Origin: an uncultured Chitinophaga sp. | Lineage (GTDB): Bacteria > Bacteroidota > Bacteroidia > Chitinophagales > Chitinophagaceae | NCBI GenBank assembly: GCA_964519865.1 | Contig: CAZFLL010000009.1 | Location: 77 to 64,076, forward strand | Direction: 5' to 3' | Length of the DNA: 64,000 nt | Shown: one piece after another, positions 36,925 to 45,221 of the stretch | How positions within the stretch are numbered: position 1 is the first letter of the stretch | Layout: every line of letters begins with the position of its first letter | The notes under the pieces: generated by a model | The model's input: the letters and a program-made list of their open reading frames with translations, nothing else | Told to the model about the DNA's origin: nothing | The model's database searches: none | Translations under genes and position numbers: made by a program

Positions 36925-38607
36925 ATGTTATTATTAAAACGTACCTGCCTGTTCCTTTCCGGTATCCTGCTGACCCTTGCCCTCCGGGCACAGAATGATG
37001 AGATTCCGAAAGGCTGGCATATGATGGACAAATCAGCCAGCGGTTATTACGGAATCAGTACTGACAAAGCCTACCAGTTTGTCAAATCAAAAAAACTGAA
37101 AAGCAATACGATCATCGTGGCCGTGATTGATTCCGGGATTGATACCCTGCATGAAGACCTGAAGTCTGTCTTGTGGACCAACCCCCGTGAAATTCCGGAT
37201 AACGGAATTGATGATGATAAGAACGGCTATGTGGACGATGTACATGGCTGGAATTTCCTGGGTGGCAGAGACGGGAAAAATGTAGATAAGGATTCGTATG
37301 AAGCGGCCAGGGTTTATCACCAGTTCAAGTCCAAATACAACGGAAAGGATATTGATCCGGCCAAGCTTTCTGCTGAAGAAGCCGTTGAATATGCCATGTG
37401 GAAACGCGCCGAAGGCGAAGTGGTGGGGGAAGGCAAACAAAGCGGGCTGGAATTACTGGTAATGAAGAGGGCCTATTCCAATTGCGTGAAAGCGGACAGT
37501 GTGTTACGGAAAGCAATGGGCCGGGAAACCTATACCGGTAAAGACCTCGACAGTTTCAAAACAGATGATAATGCGGTGAAAAAAGCGAAGAACCTGTTTT
37601 TCGGACTGATGTCATCTAATGATGCCATGGAAACCACCAACCAGGAATTCCTGGAAGGGTTCGGTGAATTTGTAGATGGAGAAGAAAGAAAAGCACAGGC
37701 CGCCAATACACCTCCTCCCTCCTACCGGAATGATGTGGTAAAGGATAATTATGAGGATTTCAATGACCGTTTTTATGGCAATAATGATGTTATGGTGAGT
37801 AACAAATCGGCCCTGCATGGTACACACGTTTCTGGTATTATTGCCGCCGCCCGTAACAATGGTAAGGGAATGGATGGTATTGCCGACAATGTGCGTATAA
37901 TGCCATTAAGGGCAGTACCTGACGGGGATGAACATGATAAAGATATTGCACTGGCCATCCGGTATGCAGTGGACAATGGAGCCAGGGTGGTCAATATGAG
38001 TTTTGGTAAAAGTTTTTCGCCCGAAAAGAAATGGGTGGATGAGGCCGTTAAATATGCAGAAAGTAAAGGGGTGTTGCTGGTTCATGCCGCCGGTAATGAT
38101 GCCAAAAACCTGGATACCACGTTCAATTTCCCGACCCCTCTCCTCCTGGATGGAACCAGGCCCAATAACTGGATCACCGTAGGTGCCAGCGGGGATCCGA
38201 AAGCGGGTGGACTGACGGCTAATTTCTCCAACTACGGGAAGAAAGAAGTGGATGTATTTGCCCCGGGCGTACGGATCTATTCCACTGTTCCGGGTGGTAA
38301 TACTTACCAGAACCTGCAGGGAACCAGTATGGCTTCGCCGGTAGTGGCCGGACTGGCTGCTTTTATTTTGGAGTATTACCCGAATCTCAGTGCCCGCCAG
38401 GTAAAGATGGTGATTGAAAAATCAGCAAAAAAACCAGGGGAGAAAGTAAAGAACCCCGGTACAGATGAACTGGCCGGTCTGGATGAGCTGAGCCGTTCAG
38501 GCGGAATCATCAATGCGTATGAAGCGATCAAACTGGCTTCAACAATTAAAGGAGAAAGAAAACCCGAAAAACCGGTCAGCAAGGTGAAGCCAAAAGCAAA
38601 ACAATAA
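36925..38607 (+). CDS. S8 subtilisin-family serine peptidase
   Basis: VAVIDSG, HGTHVSG, AAGN, GTSMASP. Confidence 0.97.
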   Translation: MLLLKRTCLFLSGILLTLALRAQNDEIPKGWHMMDKSASGYYGISTDKAYQFVKSKKLKSNTIIVAVIDSGIDTLHEDLKSVLWTNPREIPDNGIDDDKNGYVDDVHGWNFLGGRDGKNVDKDSYEAARVYHQFKSKYNGKDIDPAKLSAEEAVEYAMWKRAEGEVVGEGKQSGLELLVMKRAYSNCVKADSVLRKAMGRETYTGKDLDSFKTDDNAVKKAKNLFFGLMSSNDAMETTNQEFLEGFGEFVDGEERKAQAANTPPPSYRNDVVKDNYEDFNDRFYGNNDVMVSNKSALHGTHVSGIIAAARNNGKGMDGIADNVRIMPLRAVPDGDEHDKDIALAIRYAVDNGARVVNMSFGKSFSPEKKWVDEAVKYAESKGVLLVHAAGNDAKNLDTTFNFPTPLLLDGTRPNNWITVGASGDPKAGGLTANFSNYGKKEVDVFAPGVRIYSTVPGGNTYQNLQGTSMASPVVAGLAAFILEYYPNLSARQVKMVIEKSAKKPGEKVKNPGTDELAGLDELSRSGGIINAYEAIKLASTIKGERKPEKPVSKVKPKAKQ

Positions 38608-38620
38608 ATTAAAACTGATT

Positions 38621-38654
38621 AAAAAAAGAGTGCCTGCCGGGCACTCTTTTTTTT
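38621..38654 (+). terminator. Terminator after the S8 peptidase
   Basis: aaaaaaagagtgcc...ggcactcttttttt. Confidence 0.85.
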
Positions 38655-38713
38655 AGGACCAGGCGCCCGTAACCACTATTGTCAATTCACCTATTTTTGA
38701 AAAAACATCGGAT

Positions 38714-39598
38714 ATGATTTCCTATAATCCCCGTGACTGGTTCACATTTATTACCCGGTTCCATAAGGCAGATACGTTCAGGCAACTGCTGCCTTTGATT
38801 ATCGGTATCAGTTTTTATGCGGGTATCATAGCCTGGCTGGAAATGGACTACTGGAAATTGTCATCTAACAGTTATGTCCGCAATATACCGGTGATGCATA
38901 GCCTGCTTGGATTTGCCATATCCATGTTGCTTGTTTTCCGGACCAATACCGCCTATGACCGTTGGTGGGAAGGCCGGAAACTTTGGGGAGCCCTGGTCAA
39001 TAACAGCCGTAACCTGTCCATGAAACTGGAAGTGATGCTGCCGGCGGATGATACCCGCAACCGGGCTTTTTTCCGGAAAGTCATCCCTGCATTTGCCTAT
39101 GCCCTGCACAATCACCTGCACAAGGAACAAACCCGGGTTGAATTATTTGAGGAGGAAGAAAACCGGCACCTGTTTCAGCACATTGATTGGGAGAAGCATG
39201 TACCCAACCAGGTAGCCCTGCTGATTTACCGGCAGGTACAGGAATTATACCGGGAAGGTATTTTCACCGCTGAACAACTCCTGTTGCTGAATGCGGAACT
39301 GCAATCATTCACTGATATTTCAGGTGCCTGTGAACGGATCAAGAATACCCCGATCCCTTATTCTTACAGTGTGTTCATTAAGAAATTCATTTTCTTCTAT
39401 ATTATGACCCTTCCTTTTGGTTATGTATTCCAGCTGGGTTTTTACGTGATCCCTGTGGTGGCTTTTGTATTTTATGTATTGGCCAGCCTTGAACTGATCG
39501 CGGAAGAAATAGAAGACCCGTTTGGCGGGGATGACAATGACGTGCCAACCGAAACACTGGCCCGGAATATTCACCGGCATGTGGGCGAGATAATCTGA
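38714..39598 (+). CDS. Bestrophin family channel
   Basis: FRTNTAYDRWWEGR, CERIKNTPIP, EIEDPFG. Confidence 0.95.
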   Translation: MISYNPRDWFTFITRFHKADTFRQLLPLIIGISFYAGIIAWLEMDYWKLSSNSYVRNIPVMHSLLGFAISMLLVFRTNTAYDRWWEGRKLWGALVNNSRNLSMKLEVMLPADDTRNRAFFRKVIPAFAYALHNHLHKEQTRVELFEEEENRHLFQHIDWEKHVPNQVALLIYRQVQELYREGIFTAEQLLLLNAELQSFTDISGACERIKNTPIPYSYSVFIKKFIFFYIMTLPFGYVFQLGFYVIPVVAFVFYVLASLELIAEEIEDPFGGDDNDVPTETLARNIHRHVGEII

Positions 39599-39739
39599 CG
39601 GTCATCGCATTTTTACCGGGTGCTGCTGGTAAAATTAACAAGGGTAGATTATCAGTCATCTGAAAGATTACCCTTTTATCCACATAGAGGCAACTTCTTC
39701 CGACTGTCTCCGTTTAGATTGTTTCAACTGAACGGAACC

Positions 39740-40108
39740 ATGAAAAAACAAAGTATCCTGATAGCAGCCTTAGTGCTGATGATAGTGTCCGCTTCCTGCA
39801 GTAAGGACAATAGTGGAAACAATAATTCAGGTGGGGGCTCCATTGACTGCAGTACGGTTACCAATAAAGCTTTTGCTGCAGATGTGAACCCGATCATTCA
39901 AAGTACCTGTGCCACGAACTCCTCCTGCCACGGCAGTGGCAGTGTAAACGGACCGGGTGCATTGACCAGTTATACGGCCATTTTTAATTCACGGACCAAT
40001 ATCCGTTCGGCCGTATCATCGGGATCCATGCCGAAGAACAGTACCCTCAGTACCTCACAGAAAAATTCAATCCTTTGCTGGATCGATAGTGGCGCAACCG
40101 ATAATTAA
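39740..40108 (+). CDS. Small cytochrome-c-like lipoprotein (start MKKQS)
   Basis: Lipobox SASC, CATNSSCH, GSMPK, WIDSGA. Confidence 0.7.
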   Translation: MKKQSILIAALVLMIVSASCSKDNSGNNNSGGGSIDCSTVTNKAFAADVNPIIQSTCATNSSCHGSGSVNGPGALTSYTAIFNSRTNIRSAVSSGSMPKNSTLSTSQKNSILCWIDSGATDN

Positions 40109-40188
40109 TCAGCCCGCTTATCCATTTTTTATCACAGCCGGCCCGGCTATCAGCATTCTATAATATATTTATAGCAAAATACCGGGTT

Positions 40189-42609
40189 ATGAAAAAACTG
40201 GCTGCTTCTTGTCTCCTGTTCCTGTCTTTGTATGCTGGTGCACAAACCAGCCTGGCTCCCTTAACGGTGGAAAAAATCATGCGTGATCCCCAATGGATTG
40301 GGAGTTCCCCCACAAATCCTTTCTGGAGCAATGATGGTAAAAAACTTTATTTTTCCTGGAACCCGGATAAAGCACCGGCTGATTCGCTTTATTATATTAC
40401 CCTGACTGACCGGAAACCGGTAAAAGCATCCATACAGGAGAAAGCAGATTACAATGCCACGGGACTTTATGTCTACAACAAAGCAAGGTCCTCTTATGTC
40501 TATTCTAAAAGCGGGGATATTTACCTGGCCGATGTAAAATCCGGACGGGTGAAACAGATTACCCAGACCACTGAACAGGAAAGCAATCCGCAGTTTGGTT
40601 TCAATGAAACAAAAATTGTGTATTACAGGAATCAAAACCTTTATTCCTGGGATCCTGTTGGTGGTGAAACAATTCAACTGACCAATGTCAAAACCGGCGA
40701 GGTGGCAACGACTCCTGCAACTGGAGGACCGCAACGGGGCAACACAGCCCCAACTGGGGGCCGGGCCGCTTCCAACCCTCAGGAACAGTGGTTGCAGAAT
40801 GATCAGCTCAACTGGTTCCAGGTATTGAAAGATAGAAAAACAAAAAGAGAACAGGCAGATGCCTATAATAAATCCGTTCCCAAACAAAAAGAATTACGAA
40901 GCATCAGCCTCGAGGATAAACTGCTCCAGGGACTGACGATCAGTCCCGATGGACGTTTTATCAGTTACCGTCTTTTACGAACAGCCAGTTCCAAAAGCAC
41001 GATTGTGCCTAGTTATGTCACTGAAACCGGGTTTACCGTTGATCTACCGGCCCGTACAAAAGTGGGATCCTTACAAGGCAGCAGTGAAATGTATATTTAT
41101 GACCGGGAGAAGGATACGATTTACAGTATAAAAACGGATTCTATCCCGGGTATAAAAGACCTTCCGGACTATGTAAAAGATTACCCGAAACAACTCGAGG
41201 AAAAATCAAAAAAGCAAACAATCCGTGCCGTTAGTTTTGGCGCAATAAACTGGTCACCCAACGGTACCAATGCCGTACTCGAGATCCGCTCACAGGATAA
41301 TAAAGACCGCTGGCTGATGAAATTCGACCGGGTACAAGGCGCATTCACCCTGCTGGACCGGCAACGTGATGAAGCCTGGATCGGCGGGCCTGGTACCGGT
41401 GGATTTGGCAGTGGCGCCACCGGGTGGATCGATGAGAATACATTCTGGTTCCGTTCGGAAGTCAGCGGCTACTCCCATATTTACCTGGCCAATATCAGTA
41501 CAGGGGAGAAAAAGGCCCTGACTTCCGGTAAATATGAAGTACAACAGGTACAACTTTCTCTTGATAAGAAATATTTTTTCATCACGACCAATGAAGTACA
41601 TCCGGGCGAACAGCATTTCTACCGGCTGAGTATAGCCGATGGAAAGAAAGAGAGAATCACGATGAAAACAGGTGCCCACCAGGTCGCGGTTTCACCGGAT
41701 GAAAAATGGCTGGCCGATCTCTACTCCTATTCCACCCAACCCTGGGAATTATTCCTGAAAGAAAATAAACCAGGCGGAAAAGAAGAGCAGGTAACTTTTA
41801 AAGCGAAAAGTGAAGAGTTCAGCTCCTATAACTGGAAGGATCCGGAAGTCATTACTTTTTCCGCAAGTGATGGAGCTTCAGTTTATGCGCGAGTATACAA
41901 ACCAGCTAACCCCCATCCCAATAAACCAGCGGTATTATTTGTACATGGAGCAGGTTACCTGCAGAATGCGCACAAATGGTGGAGCAGTTATTTCCGGGAA
42001 TATATGTTTAACAACCTGCTGGCCGACCAGGGCTATTATGTCATGGATATTGATTATCGCGGAAGTGCCGGTTATGGCCGTGACTGGCGGACAGGTATCT
42101 ACCGGCATATGGGCGGCAAGGACCTGAGCGACCATGTCGACGCAGTGAATTACCTCGTTAAGAATTATGGCGTGAATCCGTCTCATGTCGGTCTCTACGG
42201 CGGATCCTATGGTGGTTTTATCACCCTGATGGGTATGTTCAATGAGCCCGGTGTTTTTGCTGCCGGCGCCGCACTCCGGCCGGTAACTGACTGGGCTAAT
42301 TACAACCATGGCTATACGGCCAATATCCTGAATGAGCCGTTTACGGACAGTATTGCTTACCGGCGCAGTTCCCCGTTTTATTTTGCGGAAGGGTTAAAAG
42401 GCAACCTCCTGATCTGTCATGGTATGGTGGATGTAAATGTCCATTACCAGGATGCAGTGAAGCTGGTGCAGCGGCTGATTGAACTGGGAAAAGACAACTG
42501 GGAACTGGCTTCTTACCCGATGGAGGACCACGGTTTTGTGGAACCCAGCAGCTGGACCGATGAATACAAAAGGATCCACCGGCTCTTTGAGACAGTCCTA
42601 AAGAAATAA
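40189..42609 (+). CDS. S9 prolyl oligopeptidase / DPP-IV-like peptidase
   Basis: VHGAG, GGSYGG, DVNV, EDHGF; beta-propeller N-terminus. Confidence 0.95.
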   Translation: MKKLAASCLLFLSLYAGAQTSLAPLTVEKIMRDPQWIGSSPTNPFWSNDGKKLYFSWNPDKAPADSLYYITLTDRKPVKASIQEKADYNATGLYVYNKARSSYVYSKSGDIYLADVKSGRVKQITQTTEQESNPQFGFNETKIVYYRNQNLYSWDPVGGETIQLTNVKTGEVATTPATGGPQRGNTAPTGGRAASNPQEQWLQNDQLNWFQVLKDRKTKREQADAYNKSVPKQKELRSISLEDKLLQGLTISPDGRFISYRLLRTASSKSTIVPSYVTETGFTVDLPARTKVGSLQGSSEMYIYDREKDTIYSIKTDSIPGIKDLPDYVKDYPKQLEEKSKKQTIRAVSFGAINWSPNGTNAVLEIRSQDNKDRWLMKFDRVQGAFTLLDRQRDEAWIGGPGTGGFGSGATGWIDENTFWFRSEVSGYSHIYLANISTGEKKALTSGKYEVQQVQLSLDKKYFFITTNEVHPGEQHFYRLSIADGKKERITMKTGAHQVAVSPDEKWLADLYSYSTQPWELFLKENKPGGKEEQVTFKAKSEEFSSYNWKDPEVITFSASDGASVYARVYKPANPHPNKPAVLFVHGAGYLQNAHKWWSSYFREYMFNNLLADQGYYVMDIDYRGSAGYGRDWRTGIYRHMGGKDLSDHVDAVNYLVKNYGVNPSHVGLYGGSYGGFITLMGMFNEPGVFAAGAALRPVTDWANYNHGYTANILNEPFTDSIAYRRSSPFYFAEGLKGNLLICHGMVDVNVHYQDAVKLVQRLIELGKDNWELASYPMEDHGFVEPSSWTDEYKRIHRLFETVLKK

Positions 42610-42696
42610 GCAGGGAAAAACACGGCTAATGACTTAATTCACCGCCGTTTACGCACTTATTACAAAGTCACTATATTTGTACCTCAAGATTCGGTT

Positions 42697-43611
42697 ATGG
42701 CTAAACAATTTGAAGATTTTGATGCGAACCTGGCTGGGGATGAAGGGAAAGCAGAGGAAACCAGAAACAGCTGGTTTAAGCGTATAAAGAAAGGCATTAA
42801 CACCAAGACCTCCGAGAAAAAAGAAACCCCGGAAGGCCTTTGGGTGAAATGTCCTGAATGTAATTTCATTTGCACCGTCACCGAATTAAAAGAAAACGTT
42901 TTTGTTTGTCCCAAATGCGGGTACCATCACCGGATCAACAGCCAGGAGTACTACGAATTTCTGTACGATAATGCGGAGTTTACCGAATTGTTTGATAATA
43001 TCCGGAGTAAGGACTTCCTGGAATTCACCGACCTGAAACCATATAAAAAGCGCCTGGAAGAGATCTGGAGTAAAACGGATCTTAAGGATTCCATGCGTGT
43101 GGCCGTCGGGAAAGTGGGAGGCAATGACCTGGTGATTGCCTGTATGGATTTTGAGTTCATCGGGGGCTCCCTGGGCAGTGTAATGGGTGAAAAATTCTCA
43201 CGGGCCGTTGATTATTGTATCGCCCATAATATGCCGTATATGGTGATCAGTAAAAGTGGCGGCGCCCGGATGATGGAGAGCGCTTTCTCCCTGATGCAAC
43301 TGGCCAAGACCAGTGGTAAATTATCACAACTCAGCGATGCACGACTCCCCTATATTTCCCTGCTGACCGACCCTACTTTTGGCGGCATTTCGGCTTCTTT
43401 CGGCATGCTGGGTGATCTCAATATTGCGGAACCCGGCGCCCTGATCGGTTTTGCCGGTCCCAGGGTGATCAAAGAGACGATCAAAAAAGACCTTCCGGAA
43501 GGCTTTCAGCGTAGTGAATTCATTCTCGAACATGGTTTTCTTGACTTTATTGTACCCCGGAAGGAACTTAAAAACAAACTGGCTTCCGTACTGACTTTGT
43601 TTAAAAGTTAG
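42697..43611 (+). CDS. accD: Acetyl-CoA carboxylase carboxyltransferase beta subunit
   Basis: LWVKCPEC...CPKC, FIGGSLG, GGARMME, PTFGG, IGFAGPRVI; TATATTTG -7 at 42672-42679. Confidence 0.98.
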   Translation: MAKQFEDFDANLAGDEGKAEETRNSWFKRIKKGINTKTSEKKETPEGLWVKCPECNFICTVTELKENVFVCPKCGYHHRINSQEYYEFLYDNAEFTELFDNIRSKDFLEFTDLKPYKKRLEEIWSKTDLKDSMRVAVGKVGGNDLVIACMDFEFIGGSLGSVMGEKFSRAVDYCIAHNMPYMVISKSGGARMMESAFSLMQLAKTSGKLSQLSDARLPYISLLTDPTFGGISASFGMLGDLNIAEPGALIGFAGPRVIKETIKKDLPEGFQRSEFILEHGFLDFIVPRKELKNKLASVLTLFKS

Positions 43612-43685
43612 TCCTCACAGCACAAATAGGTTTTATGAGGTAAATTTGCTGTCCTGGTGACAGGGAGACCTCTTATTTTTTACCC

Positions 43686-44123
43686 ATGGCAGAACTGAGA
43701 AACAGGCAGGCATATCACGATTACTTCATAGATATAAAATATGTGGCCGGTATGGTATTGCTGGGTACTGAAGTAAAATCGCTGAGAGCCGGCAGGGCCA
43801 GCTTTAATGACAGTTATTGCCTGATCCATAAAGGGGAAATATGGGTTAAATCGCTGCATATAGCTGAATATTCCCATGGCACAGTCAATAACCATGACCC
43901 GCTCCGTGACCGAAAACTCCTGCTTGAAAAAAGAGAGATCCGTAAAATAGAAGCCAAACTCAAGGAAAAAGGATTTACCCTGATTCCTCTGCGTATTTTT
44001 TTTACCGATAAGAACCTGGCCAAGATGGAAATCGGGCTGGCCCGTGGTAAAAAAATGCATGATAAAAGGGACAGCATCAAACAAAAAGATGCCGAACGGG
44101 AAATGAAACGATACCTGAAATAA
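43686..44123 (+). CDS. smpB: SsrA-binding protein
   Basis: NRQAYHDY, GTEVKSLR, RKLLL, GKKMHDKR; TAAATTTG -7 at 43641-43648. Confidence 0.98.
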   Translation: MAELRNRQAYHDYFIDIKYVAGMVLLGTEVKSLRAGRASFNDSYCLIHKGEIWVKSLHIAEYSHGTVNNHDPLRDRKLLLEKREIRKIEAKLKEKGFTLIPLRIFFTDKNLAKMEIGLARGKKMHDKRDSIKQKDAEREMKRYLK

Positions 44124-44176
44124 CCCTGTGTAAAACTTCCTTTTATTAAGGCATGCCTTTTGCCGATATTACGGCT

Positions 44177-45097
44177 ATGAAGAAAGGACTCCTGTGTTTT
44201 TTAGTGTTTTTATCCCTGCAGTCCAATGCCCAGACGGTATTTGGCTATTGGTATGGATTTGCCAATGTTAAAAGCAGTGGTTCCGCCAATAATTACCTGG
44301 TCGAAATGGTTTTACAACCGGAAAAAAATTATGTAAAGGGCATCCTCAACTATTATTTTAAAAACACCTACCGGAGCCTGCCGGTCAAAGGCAGTTATAA
44401 TCCCAATACCCGGCAGATGATCATCTATGATGTACCTATGGTATATCATGGTTCCACCGGAAATTTTGAAGTGGATTGTATCATGGATATGGTGGGCACC
44501 CTCCGGGTGGCGCAGGCCAAATCAGTATTGATCGGTTCGTTTACTGCTAAACCGGATTATAAATATACCTGTACGGATATTTCATTTAACCTCACCCTGA
44601 ACGGGGATATCAGTAAAAAAGATTCGGTGATGAAAGCCCTGAGTGAGTTTAAAGAAAATTACCAGGTCTGGAAACCGGCGGAAGAAGATACCCTGGTGGC
44701 CGCCAAAGTGGTTCCCCGGAAAGTGATTAATTATGTGACCGAACAACAGTTTACCACCCGGGAAACAGAAGTAACCAATGAAATTGAAGTGGAATCAGAT
44801 TCGCTGCGGATTGATCTTTATGACAACGGGGAAATTGATGGTGATATCGTTTCCGTGTTTTATAACAAACAACTGATCCTGTTCAACCAGAAGCTCACCC
44901 ATAAATCCATTCATATTGATATTGTCCTGGATTCAGCCAAAGCAGAAAATGAAGTTACCCTGTTTGCTGAAAACCTGGGACTGATCGCCCCGAATACTGC
45001 GCTGATGCGTATCCGTGACGGGAAAAAAGTATATGATTTAAGGGTGTCCAGCAGCCTGGAAAAGAACGCGACGATCAGGATAAAGCGGAAAAAATGA
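44177..45097 (+). CDS. Exported hypothetical two-domain protein (start MKKGL)
   Basis: Signal peptide; C-terminal LYDNGEIDGDIVS...LFAENLG-IAPNT domain. Confidence 0.75.
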   Translation: MKKGLLCFLVFLSLQSNAQTVFGYWYGFANVKSSGSANNYLVEMVLQPEKNYVKGILNYYFKNTYRSLPVKGSYNPNTRQMIIYDVPMVYHGSTGNFEVDCIMDMVGTLRVAQAKSVLIGSFTAKPDYKYTCTDISFNLTLNGDISKKDSVMKALSEFKENYQVWKPAEEDTLVAAKVVPRKVINYVTEQQFTTRETEVTNEIEVESDSLRIDLYDNGEIDGDIVSVFYNKQLILFNQKLTHKSIHIDIVLDSAKAENEVTLFAENLGLIAPNTALMRIRDGKKVYDLRVSSSLEKNATIRIKRKK

Positions 45098-45146
45098 GTA
45101 ATGAATATTCAGTAATCAGTAAATACTGAAGTGTCTATATAAATTT

Positions 45147-45170
45147 GAACCCTCCTGCATAGGAGGGTTC
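45147..45170. terminator. Perfect 10-bp hairpin between convergent genes
   Basis: gaaccctcct-gcat-aggagggttc. Confidence 0.7.
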
Positions 45171-45221
45171 GTATATATAAGCCTTTTCATTAATTACTCA
45201 TTATTCATTACTGGTTATTTA

